This document shows positions 28,871 to 38,715 of a DNA stretch of 64,000 nucleotides, piece after piece (position 1 is the stretch's first letter; every line of letters begins with the position of its first letter). Where the stretch lies: assembly GCA_041674845.1 (NCBI GenBank), contig JBAYUY010000001.1, positions 33,962 to 97,961 on the forward strand, written 5' to 3'. This stretch comes from Candidatus Shapirobacteria bacterium (lineage in GTDB: Bacteria > Patescibacteriota > Microgenomatia > UBA12405). The position numbers and the translations under genes are program-made. The notes beneath the pieces were generated by a model that was given only the letters and a program-made list of their open reading frames with translations, was not told the DNA's origin and ran no database searches.

Positions 28871-29542
28871 CTATTTCCAACAAAGTAAAGAGCCGATGAA
28901 GGTGGATTCGTGAATCGAATCGTTGGGGGAGAAGAAGACGGAGGCAGAACCACCATCGAGAGTTAAAACATCTGTAAAATTGGCAATTTTTTTGATTTCA
29001 GGTTTTTGGAAAAATTGAGGAATTTCACTTAGGCTTGGGCCTGAAGAAAATGATTCTGGGGTAAAAATAGAGAATATGTAAAAATTATTTGCCGAATCTT
29101 TGGCTATAACGTGACGACGGGCAGTTTTTTCGTTGTAATCAATTGGAATTGAATTTAAGTTAAAAAATGGACCTGATTGCATAATAAATTTTGAGTTTTC
29201 AATCGATGATTTGCCAATGTCCAAAACTCCCTGGATATTTTGACTTAAAAATCCATTAAAGGTTGCGCTTTGGCTTTTGTGATTTAAAGTTGTTCCGTTT
29301 AAATAAAATTGTCCTAAAGGTTGATTGTTCTCCAAATATAATCCGCCATTGATCGCGTATTTGCAATTATTTTCTTTGATTATATCGGTCGAATCCCTGG
29401 AATTTTCAAAATTTGGAATGACAACTAACTCGTCTTGCTGACTAATTGGGTAATAATAGTAATACTGATGAGTGACGGGATTGACAGCTGGGGTTGGACT
29501 AAAAAATATAGATAATAAAAAAGCGATTAATTGTTGCGTTCT
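28871..29542 (-). CDS. phosphodiester glycosidase (DUF2233)-like secreted protein, N-terminus interrupted
   Basis: The listed ORF starts at TTG 29335, but the frame stays open to 29542 and encodes a signal anchor (RTQQLIAFLLSIFFSPTP). It has no ATG/GTG/TTG and is preceded by TTG-ATA-AAA-TAG. C-terminal LDGGSASVFF motif. Confidence 0.55.
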   Translation of the reverse strand, partial: RTQQLIAFLLSIFFSPTPAVNPVTHQYYYYYPISQQDELVVIPNFENSRDSTDIIKENNCKYAINGGLYLENNQPLGQFYLNGTTLNHKSQSATFNGFLSQNIQGVLDIGKSSIENSKFIMQSGPFFNLNSIPIDYNEKTARRHVIAKDSANNFYIFSIFTPESFSSGPSLSEIPQFFQKPEIKKIANFTDVLTLDGGSASVFFSPNDSIHESTFIGSLLCWK

Positions 29543-29600
29543 CTATTTTATCAAATATATACTTGCTTTAAAGCCTAACTCCTACTAAAATACTGTGAGT

Positions 29601-30323
29601 ATGATTGAAATAAAAAACTTGGTGGTAAAAGTTGAAGAAAAAACTATTTTAAATGGAATTGATTTAAATGTAAATTCGGGGGAAGTTGTGGCCATTATGG
29701 GACCTAATGGATCGGGAAAGTCGACATTGGCTTTTGCCCTGGCTGGTCATCCAAAATATGAGGTTACCGGAAATATCAAATTAGATAATGAAAGATTGGA
29801 CGATAAGAGTCCAGATTTGAGGGCAAAGATGGGTTTGTTTCTTGCCAATCAATACCCGGTGTCTATACCCGGACTAGGAGTAAATAGTTTTTTGTGGCAA
29901 GTATATAAAAAAAATAATAAAAATGTTATGACGTTAGTGGAATTTAGGAAGTATGTGGTTAAATTAGCAGAATCACTTAATCTAAATTTGGATTTACTAA
30001 AAAGGTCACTTAATGATGGTTTTTCTGGTGGTGAAAAAAAGAAGCTTGAAATACTTCAGTTGTTGGTTGCTGACCCAAAATATGTTGTTTTGGATGAAAT
30101 TGATTCTGGTTTAGATGTTGATGCCCTGAAGGTTATTGCTCAAACGGTAGCAAAAGTTGCCAAAGAAAAAAATATTGGAGTACTGGTAATTACTCATTAC
30201 AACAGGATCTTGAAATACTTACCTGCAGATAGAGTTGTTATTTTGGAAAAAGGTAACATTATTAAAACTGGAGGAGGAAAGTTGGCTGAAGAGATTGAGG
30301 AGGGTGGATATGGCGAAATATAA
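29601..30323 (+). CDS. sufC: Fe-S cluster assembly ATPase SufC
   Basis: Walker [10 protein letters not shown]; FSGGEKKK signature; Walker [11 protein letters not shown]. Confidence 0.9.
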   Translation: MIEIKNLVVKVEEKTILNGIDLNVNSGEVVAIMGPNGSGKSTLAFALAGHPKYEVTGNIKLDNERLDDKSPDLRAKMGLFLANQYPVSIPGLGVNSFLWQVYKKNNKNVMTLVEFRKYVVKLAESLNLNLDLLKRSLNDGFSGGEKKKLEILQLLVADPKYVVLDEIDSGLDVDALKVIAQTVAKVAKEKNIGVLVITHYNRILKYLPADRVVILEKGNIIKTGGGKLAEEIEEGGYGEI

Positions 30324-31686
30324 ATACGGTTTTTCTATGCCTGAGGATAATGTTTTTAAAGCGGAACGTGGTTTAAATGAAGAGGTGGTACGTATAATTT
30401 CAAAAATTAAAGAAGAACCAGAATGGATGTTAAAAGATAGATTGTTGGCATATGAAAAATTTATATCGATGCCAATGCCAAATTGGGGGGCAGACTTGTC
30501 AGGAATTGATTTTGCAAATATTTTTTACTATGTCAAAGCTAGTCAAAAAATGGAAAAAAGTTGGGATGATGTGCCAAAAGATATTAAAACAACATACGAT
30601 AGGTTGGGTATTCCTGAGGCTGAAAAAGAATATTTGGGTGGAGTTAAGGCTCAATATGAGTCGGAAGTAGTATATGGGTCATTGATGAAAAGATTTTCGG
30701 ATCTAGGAATTATATTTTGTGGTATGGATGAAGCGTTACAAAAATATCCTGATTTGGTAAAAGAATACTTTGGTACTTTGATTCCCAAAGGTGATAATAA
30801 ATTTGCAGCTTTAAATACCGCAGTATGGTCAGGTGGATCATTTATATATGTGCCAAAAAATGTCAAAGTTGATTTGCCTTTACAGGCCTATTTTAGAATA
30901 AATAGTGCCAATATGGGCCAGTTTGAGCGGACATTGATGATTATTGACGAGGGGGCATTTGTGCATTACGTGGAAGGGTGTACTGCTCCAATATATTCGA
31001 CAGATTCATTGCACTCGGCTGTGGTAGAAATTTTTGTAAAAAAAGGAGCTCGATGTCGTTATACTACGATTCAAAATTGGTCGACAAATGTTTACAATTT
31101 GGTGACCAAGCGAGCCAAGGTAGAGGAGGATGGAGTAATGGAGTGGATTGATGGGAATTTGGGAAGTAAGGTAACAATGAAATATCCATCAGTAGTTTTA
31201 GTGGGAAAACGAGCTCATGGAGAAATACTATCGGTGGCAGTGGCAGGTAAAGGTCAACATCAAGATGCTGGAGGAAAATGTATCCATTTGGCATCAGACA
31301 CGACTTCGCGAATTATTTCAAAATCAATATCATTAAAAGGTGGTAGGGCTAGTTATCGCGGTTTAATTCAAATTACTCCTGGATCAAAAAATGCCCGAAG
31401 TAAGGTTGTTTGTGATGCTTTAATTTTGGATAAAAATTCACGAAGTGATACCTATCCAGTCAACAAAATAAATGAACCACAAGTAACATTGGAACATGAA
31501 GCAACAGTTTCAAAAATTGGTGAGGAACAAATATTTTATTTAATGTCGCGAGGGTTTACCGACCATGAAGCTGAAGCAATGATTATAAATGGTTTTATTG
31601 AACCAATAGTAAAAGAATTGCCTATGGAATACAGTGTTGAATTAAATCGATTAATTAATTTGCAAATGGAAGGATCAGTAGGATGA
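30310..31686 (+). CDS. sufB: Fe-S cluster assembly protein SufB
   Basis: Start trimmed to MAKYKYGF...; conserved SufB C-terminal core ([20 protein letters not shown]). Confidence 0.9.
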   Translation: MAKYKYGFSMPEDNVFKAERGLNEEVVRIISKIKEEPEWMLKDRLLAYEKFISMPMPNWGADLSGIDFANIFYYVKASQKMEKSWDDVPKDIKTTYDRLGIPEAEKEYLGGVKAQYESEVVYGSLMKRFSDLGIIFCGMDEALQKYPDLVKEYFGTLIPKGDNKFAALNTAVWSGGSFIYVPKNVKVDLPLQAYFRINSANMGQFERTLMIIDEGAFVHYVEGCTAPIYSTDSLHSAVVEIFVKKGARCRYTTIQNWSTNVYNLVTKRAKVEEDGVMEWIDGNLGSKVTMKYPSVVLVGKRAHGEILSVAVAGKGQHQDAGGKCIHLASDTTSRIISKSISLKGGRASYRGLIQITPGSKNARSKVVCDALILDKNSRSDTYPVNKINEPQVTLEHEATVSKIGEEQIFYLMSRGFTDHEAEAMIINGFIEPIVKELPMEYSVELNRLINLQMEGSVG

Positions 31687-32069
31687 AAAATATAATAAAA
31701 TATTTGGTGAAAAAAGGGGAGAGTGTTGTCTGGGATGAGGTAATGATTTATGACAAAAATAATTTAGAAGGCGAAACTGAAATAAGAGCAGTGGTGGAAG
31801 ATGGAGGAAATTTAATTTTAAAAGGAAAAATATTGATACAAAAAGATGCTGTTGGTGCCAATGCTTTTTTACGTTTTAAAGTACTATTGTTGGGGTTAAC
31901 TTCTCGAGCTGAAGTTGATCCTGAATTGGAAATATTGACAAATGATGTTAAGGCTTCACATGCAGCGTCAGTAGGTCAGGTGGATTCGGAACAATTGTTT
32001 TATTTAATGTCGCGAGGTTTTAATAAACAAAAAGCGATAGAATTAATTGTTGAGTCGTTTTTAAATTGA
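31683..32069 (+). CDS. sufD: short SufD/SufB-family protein (C-terminal beta-helix fragment only)
   Basis: 128 aa; [23 protein letters not shown] parallels the SufB/D C-terminus. Confidence 0.6.
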   Translation: MKNIIKYLVKKGESVVWDEVMIYDKNNLEGETEIRAVVEDGGNLILKGKILIQKDAVGANAFLRFKVLLLGLTSRAEVDPELEILTNDVKASHAASVGQVDSEQLFYLMSRGFNKQKAIELIVESFLN

Positions 32070-32170
32070 TGTAAATTTATTATTTTTTTACTTCAGTTAA
32101 TGCTGCGCGTTCCCTCCAAAGGCGGGCAGGGAAATTCCGTAAAAAAACAATATATTTACATAATAAAAAT

Positions 32171-33355
32171 ATGACTGACTATAAAAAATTATTTCCAATT
32201 TTTAAGAAAAACCCAGATTTACATTATTTGGATAGCGGAGCGACGGCTTTAAAACCACAGATGGTGATTGATAAAATGGTGGATTATTATGAAAATTATA
32301 GTGCCAACATTCATAGAGGACTGTATCCAATATCAGAACGAGCAACGGATGAGTATGAAAAAACGAGGGAAAAAGTGGCAAAATTTATTGGAATAGAAAA
32401 TGTGAATGAGATTATTTTTACGTCAGGGACAACTGCAAGCATTAATTTAATTGCTCAAGGGTGGGGAGAATTTAATTTGAATGAGGGTGATGAAATTATG
32501 GTTCCGGTCGTCGAACATCATAGTAATTTTGTGCCGTGGCAAGAATTGGCAAAAAGAAAAAAAATTAAATTTATTGTTGATGGTGAAATTACAAAAAATA
32601 CTAAGTTGTTAGCTATAAATCATGTCAGTAATGTTTTGGGAAGTGTAAATGATATAAAAAGTATTATTAAAAAAGCAAGAGCAATTAATCCTGATATTTG
32701 CGTGGTGGTGGATGGTGCTCAAGCTGTGGCTCATATGTCGGTTGATGTATTTGATTTGGATTGTGATTTTTATGTTTTTTCGGGACATAAATTATATGGT
32801 CCGACAGGGGTTGGGGTGTTGTATAGTAAATCTGAAAGACTGGCACAAATGAATCCAATAAATTTTGGAGGAGGGATGATAAAAGAGGTTATGGAAAAGA
32901 GTTCGACTTGGGCTGATAGTCCCGAAAAATTTGAGGCAGGGACTCCTCCCATTGCTGAAGTTGTGGGTTTGGGAGCGGCAATTGACTTCGTTTTATCAGT
33001 TGGTTTTGAAAAAATTGTTAAACATGAGAATCAATTAACTGATTATTTGTTATGTGAATTGAAAAAAATTGAATGGATAAATGTTTTAGAACGAGAAGGA
33101 GATAGAATTGGAGTGGTGTCAATGTATAGTAACGATAAAAGGGTTGGTACTTCGCATGACATGGCTGATATATTGGGGAGAAAATATAATGTATGTGTGC
33201 GAGCTGGTCATCATTGTGCTATGCCATTACATATTAAATTTGGAATTGAAACGGGGACCACGAGAGCAAGTTTGGGTATTTATAATGATAAAAATGATAT
33301 TGATCAGCTGATTAAAGGTTTGAATGACGTATGGACGACCTTTATAAAGAATTAA
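32171..33355 (+). CDS. sufS: cysteine desulfurase SufS
   Basis: Class V aminotransferase; FSGHKLYGPTGVG PLP-lysine motif; RAGHHCA active-site Cys. Confidence 0.9.
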   Translation: MTDYKKLFPIFKKNPDLHYLDSGATALKPQMVIDKMVDYYENYSANIHRGLYPISERATDEYEKTREKVAKFIGIENVNEIIFTSGTTASINLIAQGWGEFNLNEGDEIMVPVVEHHSNFVPWQELAKRKKIKFIVDGEITKNTKLLAINHVSNVLGSVNDIKSIIKKARAINPDICVVVDGAQAVAHMSVDVFDLDCDFYVFSGHKLYGPTGVGVLYSKSERLAQMNPINFGGGMIKEVMEKSSTWADSPEKFEAGTPPIAEVVGLGAAIDFVLSVGFEKIVKHENQLTDYLLCELKKIEWINVLEREGDRIGVVSMYSNDKRVGTSHDMADILGRKYNVCVRAGHHCAMPLHIKFGIETGTTRASLGIYNDKNDIDQLIKGLNDVWTTFIKN

Positions 33356-33690
33356 TTTTGGAACATTATCAAAATCCCAATCATGCTGGGAAAATTGTTG
33401 ATGGAATTGAAGCTGGTGAGGTAAATATGTCTTGTGGTGATAAATTAAAAATATCAGTAAAGATAAAAGACGGTGTGATTTTGGATGCAAAATTTGAGGG
33501 TGGGGGATGCGCTGTTTCGATGGCGGCAGTTGATATGTTGCTTGATTTTGTAATTGGAAAAAAGTTAAGTGAGGTAAAAAAGATGTCGGGAAGCGAAATT
33601 GAAAAAATGATGGGGATTGAATTAACCCCCAGTCGCAAAAAATGTGCTTATTTGGGATTGGAGGTGTTGAAGAAGATAATAAATGATTAG
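33331..33690 (+). CDS. sufU: SufU/IscU-type Fe-S scaffold
   Basis: ELILEHYQNPNH; SCGDKL; GGGCAVS motifs. Confidence 0.85.
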   Translation: MDDLYKELILEHYQNPNHAGKIVDGIEAGEVNMSCGDKLKISVKIKDGVILDAKFEGGGCAVSMAAVDMLLDFVIGKKLSEVKKMSGSEIEKMMGIELTPSRKKCAYLGLEVLKKIIND

Positions 33691-33707
33691 TTTCTTGGCA
33701 AATAGTG

Positions 33708-33780
33708 AGCCTGAGGCGGGACTCGAACTCGCGACAGCATCTTTACAAAAGATGTGCTCTACCAACTGAGCTACTCAGGC
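33708..33780 (-). tRNA. tRNA-Thr (TGT)
   Basis: Manual fold: GCCTGAG acceptor; anticodon loop TTTGTAA; T-loop TTCGAGT; one T-stem mismatch. Confidence 0.8.
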
Positions 33781-33839
33781 AATGTTTGATTATACCAAAG
33801 ATATTTGGTAGAGCGGTATTGTATACTTATATCAGTTTT

Positions 33840-34256
33840 ATGAGTAAACGTAAAGTTGTTTCTGTTTGTAAAAATTGTAAAAAAGAATTTCATTGTCATT
33901 ATTCTAGCTTTGGTATTTATTGTTCTTTGAAGTGTCAAAATGATTTTCAAACTAATTCTAAAATTCATAAATGGTTAAATGGTGAGGATAATCCTATAAA
34001 TACCAATGGTTTACTTAGGCCTTGGGCTAGAAAGTATATTTTTGGAATAAATAATAATAAGTGCTCAATGTGTGGATGGTCAAAAATTAATTTAAGTACA
34101 GGTAGAATTCCACTCGAAATTGATCATGTTGATGGGAATTATAAAAATAACGATTTGTCAAATTTAAGGTTACTGTGTCCAAATTGTCATAGTTTAACTT
34201 CGACTTATAAAAATTCTAATAAGGGAAAAGGAAGATTGAATCGGAAAGTGATGTAA
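33840..34256 (+). CDS. HNH endonuclease
   Basis: Start trimmed off the tRNA overlap to MSKRKVV...; N-terminal Cys knuckles; EIDHVDGNYKNNDLSNLRLLCPNCH HNH motif. Confidence 0.8.
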   Translation: MSKRKVVSVCKNCKKEFHCHYSSFGIYCSLKCQNDFQTNSKIHKWLNGEDNPINTNGLLRPWARKYIFGINNNKCSMCGWSKINLSTGRIPLEIDHVDGNYKNNDLSNLRLLCPNCHSLTSTYKNSNKGKGRLNRKVM

Positions 34257-34266
34257 AATATAAATT

Positions 34267-35394
34267 ATGAAAAAGAAACGGATATTGGTCTTGACTGACG
34301 ACATGCCTTGGGGACACAGATCAATAGCCAAGGCAATATATGGTTTTTTGAAGAAAAAAGAAGAAAAAAGTAATATTGAAATTGATTATGCGGAAGTAAA
34401 AATGCCTTATTCTTCGATGAATGAGTTGTATACCTTTATGTATCGGTACATGCCTTCATCAAACCGAATTACTAATAAAATTGTTGAAAATGAAAAACTA
34501 AAAGATTTGTTTTTGGAGGTGACAAATGTTAATGAAATAGCGTTAAAGGGTGTTGTCAAAAAATATAAACCTGATCTGATAATTTGTAGTTATTGTTTTC
34601 ATAGTCATTCGTTGGTAAAACTTAAATCGGATTCAAAAACTAATTTTAAATTGTGGACGATTGTGGCTGACCCTAGAACTCCAAGTAGATTATCGTTCGT
34701 AAGTGATGCTGATTTGAACTTGGTTTATGATGATGTTGCCTATCAACAGGCAATTAGATATGGAATATCAAAAGAAAATATATTTAAAACTGGATGGTGG
34801 ACGAGACAAGAAATGTTTCAAAAACAAAAAAATATTAAAAATGATTTAGGTATTGAGGAAGGGGAACCAGTGGTTTTTATTGGAGGGGGAAGTCTGGGGA
34901 CAAACGCTATTACTAAATTTTTGCCTGTGTTGTTGTTAATTTCACAAAAATGTACGATTATTTTTAATACAGGTACTGATAAAGTGGCCTTTAAAATGGT
35001 GGAACAGTATAAAAAGATTTTTGAAAAAATTAAGATAAAAAATCATGTCAAAATAGTAAATTTGGGGTGGATTGAAAATATGGCTGAGGTGTTGTCGGCT
35101 TGTGATATTGTTTTTGGTAAGGCGGGACCAAATTTTTTGTTTGATGTGGTGGCAGTCCAAAAGCCGTTTGTGGCAATCACCCATATTGGAGGGCAAGAGG
35201 ATGGAAATATTGATTTGATATTGGAAAAGAAACTGGGTTGGGTAAAAGAAGGTTTGGGTGAAGCCGAAGATTTTTTGATGGCTTATTTGAAAAATCCTAA
35301 AAAATTTAATACAAAATTTGCTAAAACTATTGAAATAGAGGCAAAAAACAATGAGAAAACGATGAGTAAGATTTGGGAAATGGTTGAAAAATAA
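34267..35394 (+). CDS. glycosyltransferase, MGDG-synthase / GT28-like
   Basis: 375 aa; N-terminal ILVLTDDMPWGHRSIAKAI and C-terminal GKAGPNF... GT-B pattern. Confidence 0.65.
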   Translation: MKKKRILVLTDDMPWGHRSIAKAIYGFLKKKEEKSNIEIDYAEVKMPYSSMNELYTFMYRYMPSSNRITNKIVENEKLKDLFLEVTNVNEIALKGVVKKYKPDLIICSYCFHSHSLVKLKSDSKTNFKLWTIVADPRTPSRLSFVSDADLNLVYDDVAYQQAIRYGISKENIFKTGWWTRQEMFQKQKNIKNDLGIEEGEPVVFIGGGSLGTNAITKFLPVLLLISQKCTIIFNTGTDKVAFKMVEQYKKIFEKIKIKNHVKIVNLGWIENMAEVLSACDIVFGKAGPNFLFDVVAVQKPFVAITHIGGQEDGNIDLILEKKLGWVKEGLGEAEDFLMAYLKNPKKFNTKFAKTIEIEAKNNEKTMSKIWEMVEK

Positions 35395-35580
35395 AAATGT
35401 CCCACAAAAAGTTAGCTTCAATAGTGGCTTCTCCACGCTAAAAATACGTGGTGGAAAGATGACTGGTAAAGACAAAGTCGATACCAGTACGGTTCCTCCC
35501 ATTAAGAAAGGTTAGCTAGAAAAAACACCTTCTTAAAGTTCGCTTCTTGCGAGACATTATAATTATAACACCTTTCTGTT

Positions 35581-35604
35581 ATACTACTGTTATAGTAGTA
35601 GTAT
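35581..35604 (+). promoter_or_regulatory. palindrome overlapping the Rrf2 regulator start (candidate auto-operator)
   Basis: ATACTACT-N8-AGTAGTAT (alternative register TACTACT-N5-AGTAGTA) ending at the ATG 35603. Confidence 0.35.
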
Positions 35605-35995
35605 GATTACAATATCAAAAAAAGTAGAATATTCGATTGAGTTAATGTCATTTTTGACCAAAAAACACGGTAAAATAGTGTCTTTAATGGAAGCGTCAAA
35701 AATACTTCATTTGCCATATCGATTTTTGGGTCAAGTTGCAATTGATTTGCGAAAAGGTGGAATAATCGAGGGAAAAGAAGGGAAATCGGGTGGTTATTTA
35801 TTGATGAAAGATTGGAAAGACAAATCACTTTATGACTTGCTTGAAGCGCTAGGAGAAAATAAGGGAATGGTTAAATGTCTTGGTGGTGGTGAAAAATGTA
35901 TCAGAGAAAATGGTTGCAAAATGCGTAATATTTGGCAAAAATTAGAAGAGAATTTTTTAAATGATTTAAAAAAAATAAAATTATGCGAAATTTAA
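35603..35995 (+). CDS. Rrf2-family transcriptional regulator (IscR/NsrR-like)
   Basis: MITISKKVEYSIELMSFL... wHTH; C-terminal Cys triad (C..C.....C). Confidence 0.8.
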   Translation: MITISKKVEYSIELMSFLTKKHGKIVSLMEASKILHLPYRFLGQVAIDLRKGGIIEGKEGKSGGYLLMKDWKDKSLYDLLEALGENKGMVKCLGGGEKCIRENGCKMRNIWQKLEENFLNDLKKIKLCEI

Positions 35996-36198
35996 TAACC
36001 AAGGATATGTTAATTGCCCAGCTAGCAGAAGAATATCCTGCATTGGTTGATGTGTTGATTGAAGATTATGGATTCCACTGTATTGGTTGTGGGATGTCAG
36101 GAGTAGAAAGTTTGGAACAAGGAGCCGGTGTTCATGGAATGACTAATAAGGAAATAAAAGAAATGATAAAAAATCTAAATGAATTGGCAAATGCCTAG
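35983..36198 (+). CDS. DUF1858 / hybrid-cluster-associated redox disulfide protein
   Basis: 71 aa; GFHCIGCGMS CxxC motif; overlaps the Rrf2 gene end. Confidence 0.65.
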   Translation: MRNLITKDMLIAQLAEEYPALVDVLIEDYGFHCIGCGMSGVESLEQGAGVHGMTNKEIKEMIKNLNELANA

Positions 36199-36776
36199 AA
36201 AAATATATTACTAAGTGCGAAAACTACGGGGGACACAATGAGATTGACAATATTTGAACCACCTATAGGTAAAAAAAGACAGGCAGCGACAATAAAAAAA
36301 CCATATCGATCAAATGCTTTTTGCCATTCGTAGGCTTTTTCAACTGACATTAAATTTAAAAATATTTTTGATCCATCTAGAGGGGGAACGGGAATTAAGT
36401 TAAATATGGCTAGCGAAAAATTAATTATTGCAAGTGTATACAATATTTCGTTGGTATATCCGGTGACAGAATATATGCCACCAATAATGCTTCCAAGAAT
36501 TAAATTGCTGGCTGGACCGGCGAGTGAAACGATAATTTCATCACGACGAGGATTACGAAAATTATAAGGATCAATGGGAACTGGTTTGCCCCAACCAAAA
36601 TGGACAATAAAAATCATGAGAGTCCCAAGTGGATCAAGGTGGGCAAGGGGATTGAGAGTAAGCCTCCCTGCTGCGGCTGGAGTGGGGTCACCTAATCGAT
36701 CTGCGGCAAAGGCATGAGAAAACTCGTGAATAGTGACGGCGATGAGTAATCCGATTGCGGAAATTATAATGTCCAT
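36195..36776 (-). CDS. site-2 protease family (M50) membrane metalloprotease, short
   Basis: HEFSHAFAA HExxH in TM1; NLIPVPPLDGS second motif. Confidence 0.8.
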   Translation of the reverse strand: MDIIISAIGLLIAVTIHEFSHAFAADRLGDPTPAAAGRLTLNPLAHLDPLGTLMIFIVHFGWGKPVPIDPYNFRNPRRDEIIVSLAGPASNLILGSIIGGIYSVTGYTNEILYTLAIINFSLAIFNLIPVPPLDGSKIFLNLMSVEKAYEWQKAFDRYGFFIVAACLFLPIGGSNIVNLIVSPVVFALSNIFF

Positions 36777-36793
36777 ATGATATAGTATAGCCT

Positions 36794-36997
36794 ATGAGAA
36801 AATGTAATCTATGTGGTAAAGGAACTGAGATTGGTCGCAATCGTTCCCATGCCCAAAATCGAACACCACGAACCTTTATGGCTAATATTCAAAAGATTAC
36901 TTTAAAATCAGGTGAATCGGAAATTAAGGGTGCTTTTTGTACCAAGTGTATCAAAAAGATGAGAGTAGAGATTAAAAAAACGGCACTTACAAAGTAA
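36794..36997 (+). CDS. rpmB: 50S ribosomal protein L28
   Basis: MRKCNLCGKGTEIGRNRSHAQNRTPRTFMANIQ pattern. Confidence 0.85.
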   Translation: MRKCNLCGKGTEIGRNRSHAQNRTPRTFMANIQKITLKSGESEIKGAFCTKCIKKMRVEIKKTALTK

Positions 36998-37010
36998 ATA
37001 CCGTTTTTTT
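36974..37010. terminator. candidate bidirectional hairpin between rpmB and the Lys-rich peptide gene
   Basis: AAAAAAACGG - 17 nt - CCGTTTTTTT; A/T runs on both sides. Confidence 0.35.
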
Positions 37011-37022
37011 ATTTAAAGTTAC

Positions 37023-37112
37023 TTATTTTTTCTTAGCAACTTTTTTTGCAGTTTTCTTTTTGGCGACTTTCTTAACGACTTTCTTGACTACTTTTTTCTT
37101 TTTTACTGGCAT
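37023..37112 (-). CDS. 29-aa lysine-rich peptide (unlisted ORF)
   Basis: Hand-translated MPVKKKKVVKKVVKKVAKKKTAKKVAKKK; perfect GGAGG (37122-37126) 9 nt upstream of the ATG. Confidence 0.55.
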   Translation of the reverse strand: MPVKKKKVVKKVVKKVAKKKTAKKVAKKK

Positions 37113-37135
37113 AGTTTTTTTACCTCCTTTGAATA

Positions 37136-37164
37136 ATTAAAGAGTTTTTTGACATAATTGTCAA
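37136..37164 (-). promoter_or_regulatory. candidate promoter of the Lys-rich peptide gene
   Basis: Minus strand TTGACA (37164-37159) - 17 nt - TTTAAT (37141-37136). Confidence 0.45.
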
Positions 37165-37233
37165 TATTTATTTTGCCTGTCTTTGCTTTATAATTTGCTA
37201 TTTTGAGAATAAAATAATAGATAAAAAAATTTA

Positions 37234-37257
37234 AAACTTCAAACTTCAAACTTCAAA
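37234..37257 (+). repeat. short tandem repeat (AAACTTC)x3
   Basis: aaacttcaaacttcaaacttcaaa read directly. Confidence 0.9.
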
Positions 37258-37295
37258 TAAATCGAAAAGTTAGGGGAAATATGAATATCAAATAA

Positions 37296-38120
37296 TTATA
37301 ATGTTAGCGTGTAGTGCTGAGAAATTTCGGACCATTTTGTAGGTTTTTTGCCTTCGATTAGGACGATTTCGGGTTGATTGTTTTTGTTTATAGTTATTAT
37401 TTTTAATATTAATTTTTTGTTACTTTTGTCAGTAACGTAAGTCCAAACTCCTGGCCAAGGATTGAGGGCGCGGGTAAGTTTGTCTAAATTCTCAAAGTTG
37501 GTGACAAAACCGTCTTGTTTTGTTAATTGTCTTGCATAAAAACCAGTACCAGTTTGAGGGATGGGAATAATTTTATCTATTTGTAAAACTGTATCAATAA
37601 ATAATTTGGCACTTAAATCGTATAATTTTGTATATAAAGAGTCATTAGTGTCATTTGATGTGATGCCTATTTTTGATTGGACAAGAATATCACCTTTGTC
37701 AAATTTACCTGACATTTTAATCAAAGTGACTCCAGTTTCTGATTCACTATTTAGTAATGCCCATTGAACTGGAAAACGACCGGCGTAGTTGGGAAGTAAA
37801 GATTGGTGGGCATTAATTGACATAATTTTGGGGAAATTTAGCCAATTATCGGGGATGATTTTGCCGTATCCGGAGACGAGAATAAAATCGGGTTGTTTTA
37901 TGTTGGATGGAATTGAATTTAGGTTTTCGAGAGGATAAACAGGGATATTGTTTTGTTCGCAAAATGTGTGGGTGTGGGTTTTGGTAATGACTCCATGGTT
38001 GCCGGGACGGGGTGGAGTGGTAATAACTGCTGTAATTATAAAAAGTTTGGAATCGATAATTTTTTGGAGTGTTAACGTCGAATAATTTTGAAACGAACCA
38101 AAAAATACCAATGAAATCAT
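37296..38120 (-). CDS. fmt: methionyl-tRNA formyltransferase (short)
   Basis: FFGSF...; NAHQSLLPNYAG (HxSLLPxxRG-like) motif; divergent from def. Confidence 0.8.
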   Translation of the reverse strand: MISLVFFGSFQNYSTLTLQKIIDSKLFIITAVITTPPRPGNHGVITKTHTHTFCEQNNIPVYPLENLNSIPSNIKQPDFILVSGYGKIIPDNWLNFPKIMSINAHQSLLPNYAGRFPVQWALLNSESETGVTLIKMSGKFDKGDILVQSKIGITSNDTNDSLYTKLYDLSAKLFIDTVLQIDKIIPIPQTGTGFYARQLTKQDGFVTNFENLDKLTRALNPWPGVWTYVTDKSNKKLILKIITINKNNQPEIVLIEGKKPTKWSEISQHYTLTL

Positions 38121-38139
38121 AAATCGATTATAATATAGT

Positions 38140-38700
38140 ATGCGACAGATTGTAATGTACCCTAATTTGGTTCTAAGAAAAAAAGTACCTGAAGTAAAAT
38201 CGGTGGCTGAGGTAATTAGTGATATGGCGGATTTAAAAGAGGTCTTGGAGGCTTCGGAAAATGGGGCAGGACTGGCTTCGACTCAATTGGGAATTGAAAA
38301 AAGATTTTTTGGAATAAAAAATAACAAAAAAGTTGAAGTGTTGATTAACCCAAAAATATTTGGTGTTTATGGGCAAAAAGTATATCCAGTAATGGTTGAC
38401 GATGACGAAAAGGATGAAGATTTTCTTGAAGGATGCTTGTCATTTCCTGATTTATATGGGACTGTAAAAAGATATTTGAAAATTGAAGCTGTATGGCAAG
38501 AAATTGAAAAAGGTAAATTGGTGGATAAAAAGAAAACCTTAAATGGATTTGAAGCAATTGTGTTTCAACATGAATTGGATCATTTGGACGGAATCTTGTT
38601 TATCGACCATATAAAACGTGATGGCGGTAAGTTTTGTAAATTTGTAAAAGACAGAAAGATGGAGTGGAGTATTGATAAAGTGGTGGGAGAAGAAAAATAA
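38140..38700 (+). CDS. def: peptide deformylase
   Basis: GAGLASTQLG; EGCLSFP; HELDHL motifs. Confidence 0.9.
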   Translation: MRQIVMYPNLVLRKKVPEVKSVAEVISDMADLKEVLEASENGAGLASTQLGIEKRFFGIKNNKKVEVLINPKIFGVYGQKVYPVMVDDDEKDEDFLEGCLSFPDLYGTVKRYLKIEAVWQEIEKGKLVDKKKTLNGFEAIVFQHELDHLDGILFIDHIKRDGGKFCKFVKDRKMEWSIDKVVGEEK

Positions 38701-38715
38701 AAAGCTGAGATTTAA

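Noticed and set aside
32103-32133. GC-rich island with TTCCCT-N12-AGGGAA stem between sufD and sufS
   Set aside because: It is a weak 6-bp stem without a U-run, which is insufficient for a terminator or riboswitch call.
33705-33839. N-terminal extension of the HNH ORF
   Set aside because: It is simply the reverse complement of tRNA-Thr(TGT). The start was moved to ATG 33840.
35395-35560. SRP RNA, preQ1 or other known riboswitch
   Set aside because: Only vague resemblance (UUUACCAG..., A-rich tail). It lacks the GNRA-capped helix 8 motifs and the preQ1 core, and the downstream genes are unrelated.
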